From: Catajapyx aquilonaris
Taxonomy: Eukaryota
DNA: 52,300 nucleotides
Direction: 5' to 3'
Assembly: GCA_000934665.2 (NCBI GenBank)
Contig: JYFJ02002703.1
Span: forward strand, 1-52,300
This document shows, piece by piece, positions 35,601 through 46,981 of the stretch. A model generated the notes under the pieces. That model made no database searches, was not told the DNA's origin, and saw only the letters and a program-made list of their open reading frames with translations. How positions within the stretch are numbered: position 1 is the stretch's first letter; each line of letters opens with the position of its first letter. A program made the translations under genes and the position numbers.

Positions 35601-38600
35601 CTGCTGCATACAAACGTTAAGCTACCTTTGCAGCATGTCATATCCCTCTCCCACCTATTAGCATTCGACATGCACAATATTTTACACGCACTCTCCTGTT
35701 TATAATGTCAAGTTGTTAACTTATTGCCATCATTTTGGTCTTTATAATTTGGTACAACTTACATCAATATTCTATCGCTACATGGAAATCCCACAAGGCA
35801 TGCAAATGTGAGAAAACATCACCTGTTTACATGAATGTACTCTATACAAGGCGCGTACGTAGGAGCTGCAGGGGAAGAAAAAGAACGTACGTATATAACC
35901 ATGAAACTAACTCGTAAGAAGCTACCATGTGTCAGTGTGGAAACCTGGCGAGGGACGAAAAAAATCATGAACATAACAGCAACAGAAAAAGCATCCAGCA
36001 TATACACACGTATCTTAAGACATGAGCAGATAGCCACTGCATAAGGGGTTAAGGGCAAAGTTTATTAGTGCAGCAGATTAACAAATTACAAGGTCCATTA
36101 AGTAGGAACCCCAGTAAATTGAATATTACATAGCAGCCATACCATCCGTGCCCTCACCGGGAGTTGAACCCGGTACCTCCAGCTTTGACCCAAAAATTCT
36201 CCATTGCTCCCACCAGAAAATTTTGAGTCAAGCTGTCGCTCTTCCGTTGAGCTATGAGGACTATTCGTGGTAATCTGCACTACTTTTATTTCTGACTCAC
36301 AGCTGATGCAATCTGCTCCACTTATTGTTTTTCTTCTAACAGAATTGAACAAGTGCATCGTTTTACGCAAATGACTCACAGGCAGGCCGACCAGTCCTGG
36401 AGGACCTTGTGCTCCGGGTGGTCCCAATAGTCCCAGTTCCCCCTTTTCTCCAGGAAGTCCCTGCACCCCAGCTCTTCCTGATTCTCCTCTAGCCCCATCC
36501 ACGCCTGGAATACCTCGTATCCCACGTTCACCTGTCGTAGAAAACTTCAGTTTTATTTCCAGTACTACAGTTACTACGTGATGGCAGGACTGTCAACAAA
36601 AATGTAGTCGTAAAAGCTCAATAAACACTGCTTATAGGTTCTATGAACTAAAATAGCGGCTGGTTTTTTTTCCCGGAGGGACTCATCTTTTTTGTCGCTT
36701 TACGACCCTTTTAGTATACAACGACGAATTTCAGAAGAAGCCCCAACTCATGTCGTTTTATTAAGAAAGTAGATGAAAGATAATTTTTGTTGCAAAAAAT
36801 ACTAGGGGCGCAAAAAACTCGCAGTTTCTTTTTCTAACAAGGGGTCACAGTTGAAAAAAAAGTTGCAAAATATTTTTGGCTTGAAAATGAGGGTGCGCTG
36901 ATAAAGCGAGTAAATGCGGCATTTTGCCAACTTGAGTGAACTTATACCTTTGTCTCCCGCTCGTCCATCCTCTCCTTTCTCTCCCCTCTCTCCTCTGGCA
37001 CCCCTCTCTCCCTTTTGCCCTGACAACCCTGGTTCTCCCGGAGGTCCCTGAGGCCCAGGTGGCCCAGGAACTTCTGTTCCTGTGCCTTGACTTCCTGTCT
37101 GACCCGGAGCACCAGGAATTCCCTACAACAAGGAAACAGTCAGTGATTCAAGTGCGATAAAGTATTGAAGTAGGGATGCCTCACAGGAAGTCCTTGAGGA
37201 CCACGAGGTCCTACTGGTCCCGTTGAACCTAGTTCTCCTTTTATGCCTCTTGGTCCAGGTTGGCCTTCTCTTCCAGAGAGTCCTGGAAGTCCTGGTTCAC
37301 CTGGAAATCCTCGTTTTCCAGCCGGCCCTTCAGGCCCCTAAAGAACAATACTTATTGTATAAAAAACAAGAAAAAAATTATATGTTCTAATAGCGTTAGT
37401 GTTGTATGACCTGTGGTCCTATAGGACCAGGTGGTCCAATTGCTCCTTGACTCCCCGGAGAAGTGACTGCGGGTCCGGGAGGTCCCTGAGGCCCGGGAGT
37501 TCCAGGAGCACCCGGAAGTCCCGTTGCGCCTAATGCGCCGGATTCTCCCCTTGGACCAGGAAATCCAATTTCACCCTGTGCAGGCATAGGGAAAGAGTGA
37601 TATTAATGATCATATTTGTAGGCATTCTCTTAGCTTACACTATTCTTACCCTTTCTCCTTTGCTGCCAAATTCTCCTTTTGGACCTGGAAGACCTGGAGG
37701 TCCATCTCCTCCTAAAAGACCGGGAGCTCCTATTGGTCCAGGAAGACCCTGAAAATTATTTTATGTAAGTTAGTCATTATTTCTGGTTACACAAATTGAG
37801 AATGTACTTACTGGGCGTCCTCTGGAACCAGGCTCCCCTTTAGATCCTGGGAATCCAGGGATTCCTGGTTCTCCAATTGCTCCTACTAATCCTGGACGAC
37901 CGGGAAATCCTACAGGACCCTGCGTTTGTAAGAGGATGACATTAATGCGCTTTCATGCTAAATGTGCAAAAGGCACATCTTGTCGTTTCCCTTTTTTAAA
38001 AAAAAATCTCAGTGTCCACTCGTGGCTTTATTCCTTCCCCAGTGTCCAGTGAGAACAATTACTTACCATATTCTGCATAACCGGCGACATGGATAAGAAT
38101 GAAAAGTCCTAAACGTGTTTTTAAAAGACTGCCCGACTTCTTTTTGCATAAAAATGGTATACATGCGGCATTCTGTAGCAAACTTAAACGTAAGCTGTAG
38201 CGGCAACCAGTATGTCGCAGGAACCCAGACAAGAGACCTGTGTAGCAGGTGTAGTGTCCGCTTCAGGAAAGAGATGAAGTCAGTCAATTAGTTATGAAAC
38301 ACCCGCGCTTTCGGCTGGAACCAGGGTCCCTCATCAATCACGTTTGACAAAATGCCTGGGCCGAGTCGTCCTTGCCGACCGAAAAGAAGGAGACAAAGGG
38401 AGAAAGGACGCGGCTGCAGAGCCTTGATCTTCAACGTACAAATGGAAGATGATTAGTGCAAGGCAGCAGACGGACAGACAAGACGGAGGAACACCCAGAA
38501 GATGAGCGCCATTACAAAGGGGACAATTTGTATCTTGGGAGCCTACCAAGTTGACCATGATATTCATCTGGAGTGAGATGAATGGCAGCCGACTGCTGCT

Positions 38601-41600
38601 TTGCGACTGACAGCTGACGTAGGAACAGCATTAAAAGCAGCTCCCCTTTCACTTGTCAATGCACACCAAGAGTTAATCAAGGCGGGAAGTTCTTATGAGG
38701 CACGTGACTCACCTGAGTGCCGTTGTAACCTGGAGGACCCTCTGGACAAACTACTTCGCAGGTTGGGGGTGGAGTTGGCTCCACTTTTCGAGGCTATGTA
38801 GTGAATAGGGGATTATTATTAGTCCATGTGACATACAAACTATACTATTAATAGTTATTAATAATTATGTAGTCGAGCATATTATCTTCGTTTAATATTG
38901 GATATTTTGTCCCTGTTTACATGATGTTGTAATACGACATATAGCTCGATTTAAAATACATATATTTCCAATTTAGACCTTTGCTCTGATGATCTACTAT
39001 CTATACTTACAGGCAATTCGTCGCAGCGTTCTCTCTCAGGCCTGGTTGGATCGCAGCTGAGCACCATCCATTGAAGATCGACCTGGAGTGAAAGTCCGAT
39101 AGTACAAACTTGCACTCACATTGTAGTGGGCACGTTGAAAGGAATGTGTGTGAAAATGAAGTGCATTTGTGCGCGACAATTGAGTCGTGTAGTGTGGAAA
39201 CTAAATGTCTACAAAATAATTTTCCTGAACATGCGAGAATTAATAGTGAAAACGGTGAGTACTTACAAGCTGGGACCTTATTACTGGCTGCAAAATGAAA
39301 GGAACTTGTTATTACAATGCGAATCTCTCTAGCCGGCCCTGACTTCAGGACACGGGTATTCTATTATTACAACTAAAAAATGGCGAAACTAAAAAGTCGC
39401 CAGACGAGGGTGGGCGAGTAAAAAAAAACATTGCCGTGCAAACAGGATAATTATCGACGCAATCGTAGACCTTGTTCTTATTTATTAGGCATGAACAAGA
39501 TTGTGTGAGAAAAAAAGTGCATGCCGTTTATTTGTCCTGTGGAATGTTTAATAGCCCAAAGAAGCGTCGACCATCAATCACCATAAGGCTGTAAGAGTTA
39601 ACGCCGGGTATGAATTGCGACTAAGGCGTTAGTCATGCAAAGAAATTAATTATTGGGCCATTTATAATGATTATGCGCGAGATAGCCTCCCGCTGCTACG
39701 AGGTATTCAAAAAAATAATTTCTGTGTGCGTGTGATTGTGGACCTATCATCTGAAAACGCAGCTGAAAAAAGTGGACAAAAAGATGATGCGATGGGTGAT
39801 GAAAATGCTGTCCGAAACTCACGGGGACCGTGTTTCTTGAGGTGGCCACTTTAGCTAGGGAGATCTGGCCGTTCACGTCAATTGGCCCTCGAGGCTCCAG
39901 CAGCTCCTCGCTCAACTCTTGGCAGTCTATGTACAGCACCACCCTCTCCCGGAACACTCCAAAATGGAGCTTGTGCCACTTTTTGTCGAATACCTGCCGG
40001 GGAAATAAGGAAAAAAAGGGTTACTTTCCACGTTCCTGCCTTTTCTTACTCGTTTTTTTTTGTGCTACCGGCGCGGAGCCGGCTTGTGTCTCTGTAAAAG
40101 ACAAATGTCTGCTACTTGATCATATTTCAGATTAAATTATCGGTAGTTCTAATTGTCGTAGTTTTTCCCTCAATAAATCAATTCGAAAAACACTCAACCT
40201 TTTGCTGGCCATGTTGATATTGCCGCCTGTTTCTAATCAGTAGCCGCCAATGTCAACCGACTTATTAATAGGGATGCGCTTGTTATTATTGTGTGACACG
40301 CCATAAAACTGATATCAAATCTTAGCATTGCAACCACATATCCTGCCCCTAGATTGAACTTTACTGTAGTTGGGTTTAGTAGTCAAGCGAGTAGGTTCCC
40401 CCCCTGGGGCCGGACCCGGTGTGGTGCACATAATTGCGCCATTTGACTCCGGGTTTTATGGTCCCCAATTTTGGTTTGGACCCTGCAGCAAGGTGAGTAA
40501 TGCATGTTGTCGGTAGACGCGGGTCATTAGCGGAAATAATGAGAGGGGTGGCCAGTTTGATGGAAGCCATCCGCCTAAAGCCCTTGTAAACTAGCGCCTG
40601 CCCCATGTCCCTGAACTACACCACTTGTTATGCAACCCCTGCTTCCATACTCGATGTCAGGCATGGGTGGCACGCGGGGAAGCATAAGGAGCCAGGATGC
40701 CGGCGGAAGGTGACAAGCGCGCAGTCTGCTGTCGAAATAATCTAAGCTGGTTTGGACCAGCCCCATACAATGGGCTGGAAAAAGGCATGGGAGTGGAATG
40801 CTTTCCAACCTGATCCCGTTTCCCTTGGAGATGCGAATCAGAATGCCAATGAGTGCACGGGACAGGTCTCCCAACTGCATGCCTCCACTCACTCCTCTTT
40901 TCTTCACCACCGGGGTCTCCGCATGAGTCTTCCACCCGCCCACTGCCAACTGATACAAATGCGCCCTAGTGATGACCCTGCCAGTAGTGCAATGTTTCCG
41001 AAGGTGGCTACGGGGGGGCTTTTATGGAAATGAGCTCGCTCTAGTTTCCTGGCGACATAGACCTAGTGGGCACGAGAGATTCCTTATAAGGAAAGGTGAG
41101 TGTGAGACTGGCTCTAGATGCAACTATACAGATGACCTCTTCCGAAGCAGGGCGTGGAAGGGCGGGGGTCGAGTGGTTGTGGCTGAGGAGCACCCATGAA
41201 AAAAAAATGAGTGAAAAGAAAAGGGGAAAACCAGTCCGGGAAGATCGGTCGGAGGACCCTGGCAATGTCACCCTAAAGGTAGCAGGTGTCACGCCGAAGC
41301 CATTTTCTGGCCTGCTTTCACTCAGATCCCTAATTGGACCCTAGGTTGCCCTTTCAACTCTGTGCACACCTCTCCCGCATGCGGATGGGGTAAATATGCT
41401 TCAATAAATTGCCCAAGGACTGACCTCTGCCCTGCGAAACACGAGGGTCTGGGGACGACCTTCGTAGTTCGGTGTGGTGAACTCCACCGTCTCCTTTCGT
41501 GGGTTGAGGGTGATGGCAAATTGGACCTTGTCTTGCACGTCCGAAATCCGAATGAGATGCCATGGTGACTTGGGCACTTTCCTCGTCCGGAAGGTGGATA

Positions 41601-44600
41601 TAAAGCTGAACTGCTCCGGCAATCCCAATGGAAAGATCTCCCTGGAATTCAGCATACCAGCCCTCATACACTATACCAGGCAAAAATATTGTAGCAATTG
41701 TTCCATCATTCCTTAGAGGATGATTGGTTGACCTCAGCCCCTTCTGGCTGCGTATTTGACCACATCGATTGCCCCAATAATTTTTTCTGGTAGAGTACAT
41801 GGTGGCGACGTTTCGTGATTAATACTTGAGGTTTCCATGAAGCCCTTGGTCCTGAACCCACCCATCCCTATTTGCGATGAAAGGAACCGGTTGCGCTGGG
41901 TAATGAGGATTTTCAATAGGAAACTCCAGAATGATGTCAGGACGTAGGTTTATGATGGAGATGCTATCGTGCGTTTTTCAGGCGACATTAGTTCCTCTCG
42001 AGACCGGTCTTGGGAGCCAAAAACGATGGGTAGAAGCCAGTGCGCGAAATGAGTCTACAGATTGGATCCTGTCTGTCCTTCGCTGATTTCTACACCTGCC
42101 CTTGGCCTTGGGGTCAACCATGCCCATTTCCATACCGTATAGTTAATCTCTTGCAACCCCCCTCCAGTAGAGAGCCAAAATTCCAGGTAAATTCGGACTG
42201 ATTGGACCACGTTGCCGTGCCTTCATCATTAGACCCGATCCAATGATCCAGGTGTCGGCAGATCGAGTGACGGAAGACTAACAAAAGGCTCCAAGTTACA
42301 AGGGTCATGTCGCGAGTCCTGTGGATCTGGAGCCGCTTTTCGTGACCGGATTAAGGTAATAATTCATCGGTTTTTGTCACGGATAATGCGGCCGCTGTGG
42401 AAAAAGGCAAGCCCGAAGAGAGGGACCCCGGAAAGCACGAGCAAAGAATAATACTCCTTCCACCCGGATCACTAGGGGCACGTTTCTCGCCAATCCTCAC
42501 TTCATGCTAATCACAGGTTACTAACAACAGGTTTCATGGGGGAGGGCGGTAAATCGGCAGCCTTGGATCCCACAGTTTGAGTGAAATATTACAAATAGCG
42601 AGTGATTTTAATTGAAGGTTTCGTTAAGTGACAGTGGACTTGGCAAGACGTGTATATTTTGGAATGTGCTTGCCAGCTTGCCAGATGGGCTGCTTTTTTA
42701 TATACCTTACACTAGTATGTTAGTGTTAATTTGGCAGGAATCTACCTGGTGGGAATGGTGAGATCGGCGTTACGGTCCAGCCTGTAAGCCGTCTGCATCT
42801 CGTTGGAGCCCCGGACTCTAGACACTCCGAGGTATTGCGAGTCCAAGATGTCCAACTGGAACCTTCGAATGAAGTCGAAGGCCTGTAAATCGTCCTCTCC
42901 AGGCTTGTAGTCGGCACATGGCCCCACAACTTCCTCGATTCCATTGTACTCTGAAATGTCAACAATTTTCTCCAGGTGCTCAATCATTCAATGCGGTTTT
43001 CTCATGCTACCCAAAATGGCGCCGGTGCTTTCAACGCAGTCTAATTATGGCATCCTGCTGACAGCCTGCTTGTGACAGTGTCATGAAAAATTGGCTGATT
43101 TTTTTATATGGTTAAAGCTGTTCAAGCAACAGATTCGATTTTTGGACCCCGGATCGCAGGATCATTTGTCAAACCATATACGCGAAGTGTGGGAGGCTAA
43201 TATGGGGTCTTTGCTCATCTGTGAGGGCGCGTCCAATTTTCCTCCATTAATCCATGGGGCCAAGGGGATCATTTGCACGTCCAGGGGCGGCAAGACCAGA
43301 AAAAAAAGTTATGCCAAATAGTCTTGTAAATCGTTCTTAACCACCTGCTGGGGATGGTCATGGATCGAGACGAACAAGTCAATCCTACTCTATAGGTTTA
43401 CTTGTGCTCCTTGGGTCCATGATTCATTTTAGGTTTGTTGCCAGGCAGCAGTTTCTTTCCCTGCTGCGTATTTCACTGATCAGTTTTAACGATCAAATGC
43501 TGCGGGACAGGTACCGTAACTTAACAGACACGCTTATAATAATGAAAAAGTAATGGGCCTACTGTACATTTCAACGTCTTTACAACTCGAATAATTAAGG
43601 GCCTGAAAAAGGACGTAAAATGATTCTCTGACATTTCGAATCATGGGATCTACGTGACATAGCGCCTGATACACCATTAACAACAACGAATCACGGGACG
43701 TATCTTTATTGTGTAAATTGAGATTTTCGAGTAGCCATCGTGAACCGTAAATTGAGTGGCGTCATCAATGGCGCTTGGGCTCGCTAACAAGTAAGATTGA
43801 GAGGGCTGATAGGCATAAAAAGTTGAACTTTAAGTAGGAAATTTACTGTAATATTGTAATTATACCAGACAACTTTCTTTCCAGGTAAAAAAACGGTTAG
43901 TGGCTATGCTATTCAGGTATATATTCGTGCACAATTAATAATGGAAGGAAGCGTATTTATTCCCATTCTTCAAATCACCTTTGTAGTAGACATTCCTGAT
44001 GAATGTCCAATTCTGGGATATCAAGAAATTAGCATATACAGCCAACAAATGGCTATCTAGTCAACATCATCCCAGTGTACATTGCCCCATTCTGAAGCGA
44101 AGATAATTAAAACCAGGGAGGGATCCGTGTTACAAGCAGCTATCCAGCAGCCAAAGAAATCTTCTGTTACAATGAAGCTTGAAAGCTGGCCTGCCTACAC
44201 CCTAATAAATAATGCCTTTAAAAGCCCCTCGATATCATCAAGGCGGAGGGATAAGGCCTCCATTTTGCTTCCCAAGTCCATCACAAAACACAAAACAGGC
44301 CTCACCTGAAGTCAAACAGTACGGTAGCAAATCTCAACTCATCATTTCCATCTAATCGCCCGCCCACCTTATTAGCATACTGATTACTCAGGAGCAAAAG
44401 ATGATCCTCATTCAATCGGATTGGCAGTCGTGTTTACATTCTCCCCACCTCCTTCCAACCCTTACACTAACGCGTCCTGTCAAGATGCACCTAATGATTG
44501 GGAGTGCAGCTCATAGGCATCACTTTGATTGACTGGACTGACAAAAGACGGGAAATCTTCTCGGCATGCCTCTCTACCTGTTTGCCGGCAGGTAAAAAAA

Positions 44601-46981
44601 AATGGGCACAAAAACAGGTAGAAAATTGGCCTGAAACTATGGCTACTAAGTTACATGATGAGTGCACCTTAGGAACATCCGCCTATTTTCGCCCCCTCAC
44701 TCTTCTCGAGTGTGGATGTGATTACAATAACACTTGTGTGGCCTTCTCTCGTGAATGAATCGTACAAAGCAGACGTTGCCGAAGAAAAGAAAGCGGGAAG
44801 AGAAAGACAGATACGGTATGTATTTAAAAAACTTTAAGAAGGCGGAACTTTGTCAAGGGCGATAAAGAAGTGTCTGAAGAAGAGTGATTCAGATTCAAAG
44901 AGTGCCAGCTCCTCAAAGGTCAGCCGACTAGCAGAGTCATTTTTAATGTTGCGGACACAATGTGAACCCGACCTTATATCTGGGAACAACAAGCATGTAT
45001 GGTGGGAACGTCTCGGCAGGCTGTAGTTGCCTTTTTTCTAACAGACACTTTTGCTTGTGTTTTGAACTGACACCTAATGAGAGCTGCTGAGGGACTTTTC
45101 ATTAGGTTTTTTTCTGGCCCAGTGTTTCAAAATATTGTCTAGAGAACTGAAATTACAATAGCCTATAATATAAATGAACGGAAGTGTTGATTGGCAGGAA
45201 ATTTTGGTCAAATTAAGTTACGCATTGTGTAGTTTTATGCTGCAGAAATTAAATTCATCGAGAGGAATGGGTCAAAAAAATGCAACTCCTTAAACGATAA
45301 TGCAATCTGCAAGCTTCAAAACCTCATACTGTATATTGAAATCCATTGTGACCAGGCGGTTCAGGCATACACGGGACTCCGTGACTAAAATTACAAAATA
45401 AAATAAACAAGTAAACCGTACTAAAAAGGAGCGAATGACCTAATACACGAGCAGGGGGGCCCTCATTGTATTCCGAACCAGGGTCCTTCGTGGTTTTATT
45501 GTTCCGCCACTGATTGTGACTCTGTTAGTTCTGCAGTTCAGGTCTTCCAAATGAAACGAGAATGATGCTGCACCAAGGAACTGATATTAATCAGAAACAT
45601 ATGAATTCAACAAACTAACAGTGGCACAGAATTGCCCATCTAAATAGCACACTAATCATTACCCTCATACACCGCATATTACACGCAACGAGTCATCAGG
45701 ATTTTGCAGCCTTCTACTCAGAGACAAATTTTTTTTAAACTTGTCATGACCCGAAAGGTAGAGAAAAGGGTGTTTCATACCGTCTTCGTCATCTCGGAAG
45801 AAGAGATGGACTCTGGCAGGTTGATCCAAGTCCGGCTCCAGATAGCCATATCCACTCTCTAATGGAGTACAAGAGAACCATCCGGTTACAGTTCACTTTC
45901 TCGATTATTAGACTCTCTCTTGCTGACTTCAGTTTGTATATGAAAACAGCAATGAAAAGCAATGCAGATCTAATGATCAGACAGAAATGCCCATTGGATT
46001 GTTGATTATTCCTTCCAGAACGAGTATACTGATGAGGTATTCATGCAACTCGCCAGCATTGAAACCCGCAAAAGTTGCATGAATACCTCATCAGCATAAC
46101 TTACACCCCCCTTGTCTGTTCTGGACATGTATATCACATTGTTTTTCAGGACATGTTTAGAGTTGTATGCCATGCATTTTGCTTGCTCCCACGCTTGCAA
46201 GAACTGCTTTTTAGCAAAACACCCGACTTTTCCTCATATACAAACTGTACAGAGCAGCAAGAGATTATTGAAGTTGTTAACGGCTTTGCTTCCTGCATGT
46301 ATAGTTATGGTGTGTCACATGCATCCATAAATCGTCCTGCCGACGTGGATCATGCCATGCAAGCACGTGTCATAATAACTGATCGCAATATGTCTCGCAT
46401 TAAGAGGCCGCAAAATGCTGCTCGTCCTTATGATGACAAAGAAAGAAGATAGAAAAAAAAATTTGAAGAAAGAAAGAGTCAAACCAGTTCCGTTTTTTGT
46501 CCATATTTTTTTTTCTTTCTTCTTCATCCACGGGCGGCGGTGTAAGTGAGTTATGAGCAGCATGCTCTGGAAAGCTGTATGTGCGTCACAGAACATTTTG
46601 TGTGCAGCCCATCATCGCTTTGTAGTACGCACCGTAGGAAACCAACGACTGTTTTTCACTCTACAAATCCTTTCCACCCACTCTTAGTTTGCAGGTATGG
46701 TACCACTCACAATTCAAAGATTCACCAATTTTTTTCCCCCTTACAACTGGCACTTAATACCCCTGCAAACTAAGAGGTCGCAACCTGTTACATTGTTAGT
46801 CGACATCCGTTGACCGGGTTCCAAAGCGAAACAAGCATCACATCGCCCATGAGCCCGTGGTTGCATCGCTGTGAACTACTCACGTGCAAGAACTTGAGGA
46901 GAAAGAAGAGAGAGAAATGTAATTCCGAGCAGCAACAGCAGCAGCCTCCAAGTCCCAGAGCAAGACGAATGTGTTCTCCAC
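29644..46981 (-). CDS. Collagen IX-like FACIT collagen (signal peptide, TSPN, interrupted COL domains, NC2, COL1, Cys tail), ~1000 aa, multi-exon; first coding exon further upstream and uncertain
   Basis: Phase-consistent GT-AG exons in transcript order: 46981-46884, 42950-42746, 41641-41425, 39993-39823, 39082-39011, 38793-38713, 37919-37812, 37748-37650, 37575-37411, 37337-37185, 37122-36948, 36531-36380, 34912-34481, 34422-34228, 34174-34028, 33925-33871, [32152-32051 or 31454-31353], 30191-30024, 29966-29898, 29777-29644 (TAA). Long Gly-X-Y runs. NC2-like [20 protein letters not shown] imperfections in the last COL domain. Ends [11 protein letters not shown]...KKGPSK. Confidence 0.92.
31353..31454 (-). 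CDS. Collagen NC2/COL1 junction exon, variant B (102 nt)
   Basis: CACAG acceptor, phase 1-1, encodes [35 protein letters not shown]; weak donor GTAGCC. Colinear paralogue of variant A. Confidence 0.82.
32051..32152 (-). CDS. Collagen NC2/COL1 junction exon, variant A (102 nt)
   Basis: CACAG acceptor, phase 1-1, encodes [35 protein letters not shown]; weak donor GTCTGC. Confidence 0.85.
32886..33260. mobile_element. Tigger/pogo-like MITE in a collagen intron
   Basis: TA|CAGGTCGTCCCC..CCGGTTTACGAACG ... CGTTCGTAGACCGGGGACTGCCTG|TA. Confidence 0.75.
39011..42950 (-). CDS. TSPN (thrombospondin N-terminal/LamG-like, NC4) domain exons of the collagen (4 exons)
   Basis: Exons encode [11 protein letters not shown]...[15 protein letters not shown] / [18 protein letters not shown] / [24 protein letters not shown] / [24 protein letters not shown]. 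These match recalled TSPN motifs and the COL9A1 NC4 end ([23 protein letters not shown]). Confidence 0.88.
46029..46094. repeat. Perfect 22-bp stem, 22-nt loop hairpin in a collagen intron
   Basis: CTGATGAGGTATTCATGCAACT ... AGTTGCATGAATACCTCATCAG. Confidence 0.9.
46884..46981 (-). CDS. Collagen signal-peptide exon
   Basis: TTTTCAG acceptor and GTGAGT donor. Encodes [32 protein letters not shown]; its phase-1 end joins the next exon in frame to give VLA/QYNGIEE. Confidence 0.8.

Noticed and set aside
43345..43384. AG/GT-bounded candidate extra collagen exon
   Set aside because: Contains stops in the required frame, and the flanking exons already join in phase.
46033..46050. let-7-like TGAGGTA in the intronic hairpin
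   Set aside because: Only 7 nt match; the rest differs from let-7.
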